From contig RDOE01000013.1 of the NCBI GenBank assembly GCA_011364975.1, positions 1 through 58,356 of the forward strand: a stretch of DNA of 58,356 bases, written 5' to 3'. The stretch comes from Promethearchaeota archaeon. GTDB lineage: Archaea > Asgardarchaeota > Lokiarchaeia > Sigyniarchaeales > SOKP01. The position numbers and the translations under genes are program-made. Below, in pieces: positions 39,535 to 49,617 of this stretch (positions within the stretch are counted from its first letter, which is position 1; each line of letters begins with the position of its first letter). The notes beneath the pieces are model-generated. The model saw nothing but the letters and a program-made list of their open reading frames with translations, ran no database searches and was not told the origin of the DNA.

Positions 39535-40047
39535 ATGGTAAGACCTTGGTACTGGCCAGAAGAAGGACAGCCCTATAGAACTGAAGAATTTACTTGGATT
39601 ATCAAAGGGAAATTAGCAGCTAGTTGGTGGCCAGATCCTCCTGTTTTTGAAAGATATAAAAAAGAGAATATTTCAGTTATTGTTAATTGCTCTGAATTTG
39701 ATAATAGGAAAAACATACCTGATAGGTTTTCTTATTATCATATAAATGTTCCTGATTTTGGTTTACCAACAGAAGCACAAATTAAAGAGTTCCTTAAAAT
39801 TTGTGATAGATACATTAAATTAAGAAAGGCTGTAGTTGTACATTGTGTAGCAGGATGTGGGAGGACTGGGCAATTTGTCGTAGCATGGGCTGCATATAAT
39901 GGATATATTCCAATTGATACTGATCCGGTCGAATGGATTAGAAAGTTAAGGCCTTGTAGCCTTGAAACTAAAGAACAAATGGACTTTGCGAGAAGAATAG
40001 CAAAAAAGTATTGGAAAACTAATAATGTAAAATATAAATTAGATTAA
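39535..40047 (+). CDS. dual-specificity protein phosphatase
   Basis: CX5R motif VHCVAGCGRT; acid loop VPDFGLP; RPCSLETKEQ. Confidence 0.88.
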   Translation: MVRPWYWPEEGQPYRTEEFTWIIKGKLAASWWPDPPVFERYKKENISVIVNCSEFDNRKNIPDRFSYYHINVPDFGLPTEAQIKEFLKICDRYIKLRKAVVVHCVAGCGRTGQFVVAWAAYNGYIPIDTDPVEWIRKLRPCSLETKEQMDFARRIAKKYWKTNNVKYKLD

Positions 40048-40125
40048 TTTTATATCATAAGTAAGCTCTTGTTGAATTGAAAGGTATAAAAATATTCTCT
40101 ATGCAAAATTTCTATTTTTTTAAGG

Positions 40126-41286
40126 GTGCCTATGGATAAATCTGATTATATTTATATGATTTTGGATAATGTACTAGTTTTTAATATTATATTACCTCCA
40201 ATATTTCAAGAAAATCAGTTGAATGAGCATTTAAACAAGTTTGATGATAATTCTCTTAAAATCATTGCTGGATTTAATAAAAATTTTCTTGAGTATTTTA
40301 TAAAAATATCTAATGGAAAATCTCAAGGAGATATACTTGAGCCTTTAAAAAAGATGGAAAAGATCTCCTATATGGTTGGTCCTATTGGCACGTTGAATTA
40401 TTTGACCAGCGATCAAATTGATCATATCCTAAAAAAAATGAAATCCCTAAAATTAGATGAAATTACTGAGGAAAAGGTGAGTTTAATCGCTGATGAGTTA
40501 TTAAGGCAACAATTTGCAGGAGATAACGTCTATTCTACATCTGATGCCTTAGAGAGCCAATTATCAAGTGCCGCTTTTTATTTAGTGAATATGGGATATT
40601 CTAAAGAAGAAATCCAAGAAAAATTTAACGAAGTTAGAGAAGATCAATCTAAATTAGATACTTTGTTTACGCTTCCACAGAAAGAAATTTATAGTACCCC
40701 TTCTGAAATTCAACAAGAACATATGGAATCCCCCCCAAGTCATCATGAAACCACAATTGATCAAAGCCAAGGTCTAAATGATGCTATCGCGAGACATATC
40801 CAAGCCATACATCAAGATATTACAGAGGAAAGAGCTCAAAAAGTAGATGAAATCCTCCAGTTTATAAACGCGTATGTTAAAGATAATATGAGTGAACTTC
40901 AAGAGAAAGTTTTTCGACAAATGCACCCTGATAGATTGAACCGTGCATTAAAAATGTTAAAAACTACAAAAAGAGGTTCAAAGCGGATGGAATTATATTT
41001 AGAGTGGTTTACTGAAAGTTTTCTTCTTTCAAAAATCGAGTTAAAAGTGGAGCATTGGCAAGTCTCAAGTTCTTCACAGGTTGGCAGTGCAGGGGTATAT
41101 ACTGCGGGAATTGATTTTTCACGATATGATAATATCATTAAAGATTTTCCCGATGCAAAATTAACTAAAGTTATTAATATCGCTAGAAAAATCTTACAAC
41201 ATCCAAACAAAAAAGCTATCCAAAAACTTGGGCAAGATCTTATCGCTGAAACCGGATTTGATGAGCATCTTTACTTTACTGATTGA
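40126..41286 (+). CDS. hypothetical helical protein
   Basis: 386-aa ORF with no recognised motif. Confidence 0.75.
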   Translation: MPMDKSDYIYMILDNVLVFNIILPPIFQENQLNEHLNKFDDNSLKIIAGFNKNFLEYFIKISNGKSQGDILEPLKKMEKISYMVGPIGTLNYLTSDQIDHILKKMKSLKLDEITEEKVSLIADELLRQQFAGDNVYSTSDALESQLSSAAFYLVNMGYSKEEIQEKFNEVREDQSKLDTLFTLPQKEIYSTPSEIQQEHMESPPSHHETTIDQSQGLNDAIARHIQAIHQDITEERAQKVDEILQFINAYVKDNMSELQEKVFRQMHPDRLNRALKMLKTTKRGSKRMELYLEWFTESFLLSKIELKVEHWQVSSSSQVGSAGVYTAGIDFSRYDNIIKDFPDAKLTKVINIARKILQHPNKKAIQKLGQDLIAETGFDEHLYFTD

Positions 41287-41463
41287 TTAACTTGATAAAC
41301 CAATGCTAATTTTTATTATTTAAATCCATATTTACCAAGTAAGAGTTATTCTAGTTTACTTAAATCAATTTAAACTAGATCATATTAGAAAATCTGTTAT
41401 AAACCTTAAAATTTTATACTTATTTTAATAAAATAATAAAATTATACAAATTAGAAAATTATT

Positions 41464-42261
41464 ATGCCGTATTTTAAATATGATGATGTTGAAATTTTTT
41501 ATATTCAAGAAGGTGAAAGAGAACCACTTGTTTTAATCAGCGGATTGGGGAGCAAAAATACTTGGTTATTTCAAATTCCATATTTTAAAGAAAGGATGAT
41601 GACAATTACACTTCATAATCGTGGAACTGGTAAAAGTTCAAGGCCAGATTACCCTTATACTATCGATATGTTCATGAATGATATTATTGCACTATTAGAT
41701 CACTTAAATATAAGAGAGAAAATACATCTAGCCGGAATAAGTATGGGAGGTATGATCACCCAGTATTTTGCACTAAAGTATTCTGATAAAGTTAAAACCC
41801 TTATTCTTTGTGCTACTACTCCAGTACATGTTGGTTCGAGTATTATTGAAACTCAGAAAATGATGAAAAATTTTAGTTGGGAACAAAAATTTAAAGTACG
41901 AGTGGGTGCATTATACGGGAGAGATTTTAGGAAAAAGCTAAAAAAAAATCATGATTTATATGAGCAATTAAAGCAAGAATTCATTGAAGATGGAACAGAA
42001 CTTAAGGATTGGATAAATCAAGGGGCGGCTATAGTTCACTTCGACATCAAAGAACAACTATACAAGATAAACCAACCAACTCTAATATTAGCGGGAGGAG
42101 AGGATAGTGTTATTGATATTCAATATTCTCAAATTCTTCGAGAAAAAATTCCTAATGCTACGCTTCAGATTATTCCAAATACAGGCCATAGATTCATTGT
42201 AGAAGAACCAGATAAAGTAAATGAGATTATTTGGAATTTTATTAAATTAAACTTAGATTAA
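41464..42261 (+). CDS. alpha/beta hydrolase
   Basis: NRGTGKS, GISMGG nucleophile elbow, GEDSV, GHRF. Confidence 0.9.
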   Translation: MPYFKYDDVEIFYIQEGEREPLVLISGLGSKNTWLFQIPYFKERMMTITLHNRGTGKSSRPDYPYTIDMFMNDIIALLDHLNIREKIHLAGISMGGMITQYFALKYSDKVKTLILCATTPVHVGSSIIETQKMMKNFSWEQKFKVRVGALYGRDFRKKLKKNHDLYEQLKQEFIEDGTELKDWINQGAAIVHFDIKEQLYKINQPTLILAGGEDSVIDIQYSQILREKIPNATLQIIPNTGHRFIVEEPDKVNEIIWNFIKLNLD

Positions 42262-42274
42262 ACGCTAATAAAAA

Positions 42275-43894
42275 TTATGATTGCTTTTTATAAACGGTCT
42301 TGCCTCGAATTATCGTTTCTAATACTTGGATATTTTTAATTTTTTCTTTTGGTACTTTTATTGGATTCTTATCTAATATCACTAAGTCGGCTAATTTGCC
42401 AATCTCAATACTTCCTTTAATTTCTTCTTCAAAAGCGGCATACGCAGCATTAATGGTATAAGATTTTATGGCATCTTCAATGGTAATACACTGTTCAGGT
42501 GTGAATCCATTTCGAGTCACTAATGCATGAAGACCTAAAATTGGGTTTGGATCTTCAATAGGACAATCCGAACCAGAGGCTAAAATAATTCCCTTTTCTA
42601 ATATTGATTTCATTGGATACGTGTATTTACAACGTTTTTCCCCAAGTCTTCTCGGTAACCATTTAAATTCTGAATTTATAAAGGGTGGTTGACATGAGGC
42701 TATAATATTATATTTAGCCATATCCTTCAAAACATCTTCTGTTAACATAGACGCATGTTCAATTCGATGTCTATGATTATCTCTTGGAAACTCATCCAAA
42801 AGACGCTTATAGAGATTCATTGCAATTCTATTACCCTTATCCCCAATAACGTGAATTGCGATTTGATATCCATCATTATGAGCTTCTTTCATTTTTTCAT
42901 AAATTTCTTCCTCTTTAACAACACAATAACCACAATTATTTGGAGAATCTGAAAATGGCTCAAACATACAAGCAGTCTTAGCTCCGAATGTTCCATCTAA
43001 AAATAATTTTAACCCCCCTACCTTAAATTTGCTATCTTTCTTTCCTTCATCCAAAGGTGGCTTTTTAAACTTATGCAATTTACTCACTTTTTCAGTATTG
43101 ATTAATGCATACCAGTTTTGTAAAATACAATCGTGAAAAGTTTTCCTCAAAGGTATTTCCACTGCTCCAGCACTTCCAAACTCAGAATGTGTTCCGGCAC
43201 TAAGAATTCCTTGAAGAGAAGTTATCCCTTTTTCTGCTAAATTTTTAAATGCTTGAATAGCGGCTTTCTTCATCTCATTAATTTCAGGGAAAGAGATTTT
43301 TGAAAGAATTAGATTTAAAGCTTTTTCGGAAATAATGCCGTTAATTCTTCCGACCTTATCTTTTCTAATCTCTCCACCTTCAATTATTGGAGGGGATTCA
43401 TTAATTTTTGCTAACTTTAACGCCTTAGTGTTAGCTATCCCGATATGTGAATCGTATCGCATGACAAAAATAGGATGATTTGGACATGCTTCATCCAAGT
43501 CCCATCGAGTAGGTAATTCAGGAATATCAAAATTTTCTTCCTTAAGATTAAAACAAATTAACAATTCGTTTTTCTTTTTATTTTTACAAATTTCCTTTAA
43601 GTAAGATTTAAGTTCACTAATACTTGTAATATTTGACAGATTGGGGCTTAATTGATAATATATGAAGATAATAGGATGAAGATGACAATCTATAAACCCT
43701 GGGAGTAATGTGTGCCCCTTTAGATCAACCATATGATAGTCTGTCCCAAAACTCTCTTTGATTTGAGCTAAATTACCGGTAAAGACAATTTTCTCCCCTT
43801 CAACACCCATTGCATCAATAATTGGTTCCTTTTCGTTAATGGTTAAAATTGTTCCGCCAAAATAAATAACTTTATTCAGATTTTTCTGATTCAT
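42275..43894 (-). CDS. YtcJ-like amidohydrolase
   Basis: PGFIDCHLH, KLFLDG, HVIGD, RHRIEH, GSDCP, GSIEIGKLADLVIL. Confidence 0.9.
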   Translation of the reverse strand: MNQKNLNKVIYFGGTILTINEKEPIIDAMGVEGEKIVFTGNLAQIKESFGTDYHMVDLKGHTLLPGFIDCHLHPIIFIYYQLSPNLSNITSISELKSYLKEICKNKKKNELLICFNLKEENFDIPELPTRWDLDEACPNHPIFVMRYDSHIGIANTKALKLAKINESPPIIEGGEIRKDKVGRINGIISEKALNLILSKISFPEINEMKKAAIQAFKNLAEKGITSLQGILSAGTHSEFGSAGAVEIPLRKTFHDCILQNWYALINTEKVSKLHKFKKPPLDEGKKDSKFKVGGLKLFLDGTFGAKTACMFEPFSDSPNNCGYCVVKEEEIYEKMKEAHNDGYQIAIHVIGDKGNRIAMNLYKRLLDEFPRDNHRHRIEHASMLTEDVLKDMAKYNIIASCQPPFINSEFKWLPRRLGEKRCKYTYPMKSILEKGIILASGSDCPIEDPNPILGLHALVTRNGFTPEQCITIEDAIKSYTINAAYAAFEEEIKGSIEIGKLADLVILDKNPIKVPKEKIKNIQVLETIIRGKTVYKKQS

Positions 43895-44082
43895 TATTAA
43901 GGATTATCAAACTATTTTAGTTGTATAAATTTTTGAAATAATGAAATTAATAGTTCAAATTAAAGATTGATTTTTTTATGACGCAATCTTATAGAAGAAA
44001 AATTTATAAAAGCTGGATTAATTCTAAGGATTAATCGTTTAATTCTATAAATAATCAGCTATTTATAATTGGCGAATAGAAA

Positions 44083-46401
44083 ATGGTAAAAAAATCAGAT
44101 TTAAAGAAATTGAACTCAATTATGCAAGAAGGAAATGAGTTCAAAAATGAAAAGCAATATAACAGTGCAATTGAAAAATATCTGGAAGCCTTAAGATTCG
44201 TTGAAGACAAAGTAAAAGATCCCATAGAAAAAGAAGATGAAATGTCAAACATTAAATCTCAAATAGATCAAGTCTATTCAGTGGAAATTATTGATATCAT
44301 AGAGAGAGCTAATGATTACTCAATGGATAAGAAATTTAGTGAGGCATATGATACCTTTAAGGAAGCAATGAGAATCGCCGATAAGATTGTTGATAAGGAT
44401 ATGAGAGATTATGAAGTAAAACAAATTAATTATTTAATAGAAGAAACAAAACTTAAGCAGGTAATTTATCAAGCAACGTTATTACGTAATGAAGAACAAT
44501 TCAATAAGGCTATAACTATACTAAATGATGCTTTAAACACGGGCATTTCAATACATAAAGAGGATCCAAACCATAAAATAATAAAAAACATCCAAAATGT
44601 AATTAATGAGACATATTCTCAAAAAGTCCATTTACAAATAGATAAAGCAAACCAACTTAAGGGAGAAGGGAAAATGAAGTTTATCAAGAAGCTTTGAAAA
44701 TTATAGAGAATTATTTTGAGTCTGAAATAAAGACCAATGATATTGTCGATCTGAAAAATCTAATTAACCAGGTCTTTTCTATTAAAATTAAGCCTATCTT
44801 AGAAAGGGGTAAATTACTCTTCGATCAAGGTAATTTTTCTGATGCTGTTAAAGAATTTGAGATTGCTTTGGAAATAGCTGATAGTATGTATGATTCACCA
44901 CAAAAGCAGTCTGAAATTAGTCAAATCAATAGTATAGCATCTAAGGCATTAAATCCTGTTTACTTAGAACGTATTAAACCCATATTTGACAAAGGTAAAG
45001 AATTAATTATTAAAGAGAATTTTCAAGAAAAGATTAATATTGTAAATGAAGCTCTTGAAATGTTCGAAAAAGTATTAGATATTGCTAATAAAATGGCAGA
45101 TTCTTCTGAGAAGGAAAGTAAAATAGAGGAAGTTACTGATTTAATTAAAAAAACATGTCGTACACGGATTACATACATTAAAGATAATGCTCTAAGAAAA
45201 TTAGCTCAAAAAGAATATGAGAAAGCAGTAAACGATCTTTATGCTGCTATAAGCATTGCAAAAAGGATGCCTGTACCTGAAGAACAAAACCAAGATTTAG
45301 AAGATTTAAAGAGTTCAGTAAATAAAGCATATATTACTCAAATTGATGAAGTTGTTAAAGAGGGTAATGAAGAGTTAAGAAAGAACAATTACGATGCAGC
45401 AATTAAAATATTTAATGAAGCCATGGTAATGACAAATAAGATGTATCTTACTGAAGAAATGGAAAATGAAGTAAATAAGATTAAAAGTTTGATTTATCAA
45501 GTAGAATTAAAGCAGTTAGTTGGTCGCGGTGATTTAGCAGAAGAACTACAAAAGTATGAAAAGGAAATTGAGCGTTTAACCAAAAAGATGGAATATGCAA
45601 AAACGATTGATGACAAAGACCGTAAATTTGCAGAGATGGGTAAAATAAAGGACTCAATAGATGAAGTATATCATTCTAAAATTAAATTATTAGTAGAACA
45701 AGGCAATCAACTTGCAGATAAGGAACAATTTGAGGAATCTTTTGAAAATTTTAAACGAGCAATAAAAATAAATGATATGATTGAAAGCCCCGTATTTAAA
45801 AATAAAATTGCGATAAAGTATGAATATAAACATAAAATTATTCAGAAGGCTAAGCTTGAAATTTCACGAGAACGCTATGATACTGCAATAATTGATTGTA
45901 ATAAAGCAATTGAACTAGATAATAGTTTTGTTAAAGCGTATTTCTATATTGGAATGGCCAATATTAATAAGAAGGATTATATCACGGCAATTGAATATTT
46001 TAAGAAAGCGTTGGAATTGGACTCGCAACACGCAAAATCATGGAATCATATGGGATTTTCATATGAAAAATTAGCAGAATTTGATAATGCAATCGAAGCC
46101 TATAAAAAAGCTGTAGATATTAAACCCAGTTATTCTGAAGCTTTCTTTAACATGGGAAATTCATATAAGTATAACGAAGAATATGATCGCGCCATTGAAG
46201 CTTATAAGAAGGCTACAGAGATTAACACCGAATTTGCAAATGCATGGTTCTTCATGGGAGCAGCTTATTTCGATAAGAAAGATTATAATAAAGCAATGGA
46301 GCTTATCAAAAAAGCTGTTGAGATAAATCCTAATTTAGGATTTAAAAAAGGATTTAGATAAACTTGAGGAAAAATTAGCAACTAAATTCTTAAATCAATA
46401 A
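44083..46401 (+). pseudogene. large TPR/alpha-solenoid protein with two frameshifts
   Basis: ORFs 44083..44697 and 44694..46361 are continuous TPR-like sequence across a frame change near 44673. A third frame gives a natural-looking end DLKKDLDKLEEKLATKFLNQ* at 46339-46401. Confidence 0.7.
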
Positions 46402-46472
46402 CTATATTATTCAAAACAAATATTTTAGAAAAATTTTATAAAGAATTTTATAATTCTTTAAAGAATAGGAAT

Positions 46473-47369
46473 TTATAGCAGATTGGAAGCATACTGTTCC
46501 ACCAAGTAACTTAACTTTTCAGTATCAAGTTGATTCCTTTCGATTTCGGGACACATATGCTCAAGATGACAAAGTAGTTCATTTAAGCCATCTTCTGCTT
46601 CTTTAACATCAATATTGTCCGAATCACTTAGAATTAATGAGCCCATGAGGTTTTTTGATCGTTTAAATACAATTACGTTTCCTCCCATTTTTAATTGATT
46701 TAACTCTGAATTGAAGGATTCCTTTACAAAGCTATTAATAGCAGCAAATAATCCCCCTTGGAGGATATCGTTATTGCTAGAAGATGTTAATGGAATTCCA
46801 CCTTGATCAAAAACTGTGACTGCTTTAGGACTTATTTTTTTCCTCAGTTGTTTTCCAGTTAGTTTATAATAGATTTTCATGAACGCTTTAACAATCCCAA
46901 ATCCTGTTTTACAAGATACAGGCAATATTTCAAAGGAAGGTAATTTATGTAAATCTAACGCATCAATAATCTCACCTAATGAAGCTGTTGGTTGGAGATC
47001 ATACTTATTTGCTAAAACAATCAAAGATCTTTTCTTAAAAACATCAGAGAGCTTCCAAAGCTCGTCTTTTGCTTCTGAAAATCGTTCTCTAGCGTATGCA
47101 TCAATCATAAAGATAACACATTCTGCATGAGCACACTCACCGAGCCACAAATCCCTGAAATCACTTTGACCACCCATATCCATGAGATTAATTCGAATAC
47201 CTTGAACTTCCATCGTATTAAGTTCTTTACCCATCGTTGGAGTATGTTCGATAAATGTACCAGTTTGTAAAAAGCTAACCATTGTCGTTTTTCCTGATGA
47301 ATCCAATCCACAAAGTACAACACGTTTTTCTTTTGTAAATACTCTTTTTAATATCTCTTTAACTCCCAT
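46473..47369 (-). CDS. Arf-like small GTPase fused to a C-terminal longin-like domain
   Basis: MGVKEILKRVF N-helix, GLDSSGKTT, PTMG, DMGGQ, ANKYD, SCKTG; C-terminal VFDQGGIPL...LQGGLFAAINSF. Confidence 0.88.
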   Translation of the reverse strand: MGVKEILKRVFTKEKRVVLCGLDSSGKTTMVSFLQTGTFIEHTPTMGKELNTMEVQGIRINLMDMGGQSDFRDLWLGECAHAECVIFMIDAYARERFSEAKDELWKLSDVFKKRSLIVLANKYDLQPTASLGEIIDALDLHKLPSFEILPVSCKTGFGIVKAFMKIYYKLTGKQLRKKISPKAVTVFDQGGIPLTSSSNNDILQGGLFAAINSFVKESFNSELNQLKMGGNVIVFKRSKNLMGSLILSDSDNIDVKEAEDGLNELLCHLEHMCPEIERNQLDTEKLSYLVEQYASNLL

Positions 47370-47586
47370 TTTTGTTCAATAAAATTTGTGTAATTTTTAG
47401 AATTGTTATAAAAAATAATCAATAAAAATTCTTTTTTTTATTCAATTAGTTGTACTAAACGTACGGATTATGCAAAAACTGTAATTTTACACACAATAGC
47501 ATCTATTTATTTCTTAACTATTGTAAATAAATTTAACCAAGATAAAAAAAAGATAAAAAAAGTTATGAGATAAATAAAAATTTAAG

Positions 47587-48240
47587 TTATTCCTTTATTA
47601 CAAACTTGGATATCCAAGTTCCAATAATTTTTTGTTCTTCTTCCTGATTTGGAAATACATATTTTTCATAGAATCCTTTAGTGCCTAGAAGAAAGGTCGC
47701 GCTTGCAATTATTTTGAAAACTTCAAACATAAAAGGCATCTGAAACATTTGGCCGAATCCCCAGAACAAAAAAAATAATCCCATTCCAATAGCGACACCA
47801 TTTCGATTTTTTTTTCCATCTCTTAAAAGTATGTAAGCAGGAGTGTAACTCAGAATAACCGCATAAATGATAAAAGGCATTACATTTATAACTAATAAAT
47901 TACCAGCAACCAAATAGAAGGTAATAATAAATGGGACTATATAAAATCTTTTTAAGCCTCGTAGATAAAGCATGAATTCGAATTGAACTAAAAATAAGAT
48001 ATACCCAAAAATGAATCCGATTTTAAGTCCTCCTATTAAATAGATGTTGGTATTAATTTGTAGAATGAGTGCCATTAATTCGAATCCACCGTAAATAAGC
48101 ACAGAGATGGTATAAATAGACACTGCTACATACATACGATTTTTAGTATCTCGCCATCGCTTAATACATGGTATTAAAGCTGCAATCATTAGACCTATTA
48201 CTAATAATTCTGTTGCTATTAGATTATATTGCACTGCCAT
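47587..48240 (-). CDS. predicted 7-TM membrane protein
   Basis: Seven hydrophobic segments by eye; likely start ATG48240, 1 nt after the upstream TAA. Confidence 0.75.
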   Translation of the reverse strand: MAVQYNLIATELLVIGLMIAALIPCIKRWRDTKNRMYVAVSIYTISVLIYGGFELMALILQINTNIYLIGGLKIGFIFGYILFLVQFEFMLYLRGLKRFYIVPFIITFYLVAGNLLVINVMPFIIYAVILSYTPAYILLRDGKKNRNGVAIGMGLFFLFWGFGQMFQMPFMFEVFKIIASATFLLGTKGFYEKYVFPNQEEEQKIIGTWISKFVIKE

Positions 48241-48241
48241 T

Positions 48242-48886
48242 TTACTTACCATCCCCCTCTTTGAAAATTTTAAAGTATCCAAGTGAAAATATTACAATAA
48301 AGATGTTATAGGTAATTATTATTATTTGATTTACGAAAGATAAATCTAATATCAAGGTACTAAATGCTAATGTGAAAAAAATAGCTAAACCAAGGGCTCC
48401 ATTGTCTCTAACTCGAAAACTCGTAATATATATGAATACTAGACTAGCAATGGCCGCTATTTGTATATATACATCAACCCAAGCATCAAATCCAGTAAAA
48501 TAATAAAAAATTACCATACCGCCAAAGAAAAATAGTGAAGCATAATAGAATGTCTCCCATCGATTTGCATAGAAAATCAAGGTTAATCCTAATGATACCA
48601 TCGTACCGATTAATATTGAATATAAATTAATAGTCTCAGTGTTATAACCAAATATCTCGTTTAAGAATGGAAACCATGATATATGCACCAAGTATTCCAA
48701 AACGCTCATTATTGCAAAACATGTAAAAATTGAAAAAGTTATGAGTCTAATGTAATTATATTGTCCTGTAACTCTTTTTTCTTTAAATATTTTCCTTCCT
48801 AAGATCATGGTTGCTAAGGGTATGAGTACTGCACTAAGTAAATAGCCTATTTGCCTTAGATTTTCAATTAAAAGATCTTCTGCCAT
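48242..48886 (-). CDS. predicted 7-TM membrane protein (likely paralog of 47587..48240)
   Basis: Seven hydrophobic segments; DNGALGLAIFF resembles RNGVAIGMGLFF of the neighbour; TAATG overlap with the upstream gene. Confidence 0.75.
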   Translation of the reverse strand: MAEDLLIENLRQIGYLLSAVLIPLATMILGRKIFKEKRVTGQYNYIRLITFSIFTCFAIMSVLEYLVHISWFPFLNEIFGYNTETINLYSILIGTMVSLGLTLIFYANRWETFYYASLFFFGGMVIFYYFTGFDAWVDVYIQIAAIASLVFIYITSFRVRDNGALGLAIFFTLAFSTLILDLSFVNQIIIITYNIFIVIFSLGYFKIFKEGDGK

Positions 48887-49380
48887 TAGAAAAAACTCCC
48901 TTTTAATTCTGGTTTTGATTTTAATATTTGAGCTTTAATCTCTTTAAAAATTCGTGAAAAATCAATCAATAAATCTTCAATGTAGACATCTGATTCACTA
49001 TTTATTCCTTCATAGATGGTTTGATGATAATTAGCAAGCATTTCTTCATTTAGTAAACCATTTCTTTCCAGTAGCTCGATTAATTCCTTCAACGCAGGTT
49101 TATAAATATCAACTTTATCTCGTTTATATAATAAGATAGAAAGAGAAAATAAATCATCTCTATTTGCCTCTTGTTCCACCTTAAAAATATAGGATAAAAC
49201 TAGGTATTTCTTATATCGATCTTCAATAAATTTGCCTGCTTTTGCACCAATTGGGAAACAAGACTGTAGAATTTCTCGTTCATTCCCAATTGCAGTAACC
49301 GAAGGGTATGAACTGATTATTTCAGGATTACTTCCCACGAATCCCCCTAATTTTGCTAAAATTGCATACTCCGAAGCCAT
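48886..49380 (-). CDS. stand-alone uDENN/longin-like protein
   Basis: AILAKLGGFVGSNPEIISSYP and ILQSCFPIG resemble uDENN P-x5-YP and FCFP motifs; later strands and helix fit a longin fold. Confidence 0.55.
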   Translation of the reverse strand: MASEYAILAKLGGFVGSNPEIISSYPSVTAIGNEREILQSCFPIGAKAGKFIEDRYKKYLVLSYIFKVEQEANRDDLFSLSILLYKRDKVDIYKPALKELIELLERNGLLNEEMLANYHQTIYEGINSESDVYIEDLLIDFSRIFKEIKAQILKSKPELKGSFF

Positions 49381-49617
49381 AATCAAAACCTTCTTTTTAA
49401 TTTTAATCTCAATATAGGATCAAAAATTGATCTATCTTTTTTATTAAATCTAATTTAACCCTAATTGTATTTAGATCATAGGTAAAAGATTTTATTTAAA
49501 AATTGGATTTTTTTTTATCTTTTTTGTGCGAACATCACAAATTAATGTATACAAAAGTTCATATTTTGGTAAAAAAAATATGATAAGAAAAGAATTTGGT
49601 AATAAATTATTAATTCT

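Noticed and set aside
44660-44700. Programmed -1 frameshift at GGGAAAA
   Set aside because: The heptamer is not in the required phase, and residues appear to be missing, which favours a deletion.
47587-48886. 7TM proteins as rhodopsins (one has a Lys in TM7, FEVFKII)
   Set aside because: There is no DxxxK/SxxxK spacing and no RYxxW-type TM3 motif, and the second protein lacks a mid-TM7 Lys.
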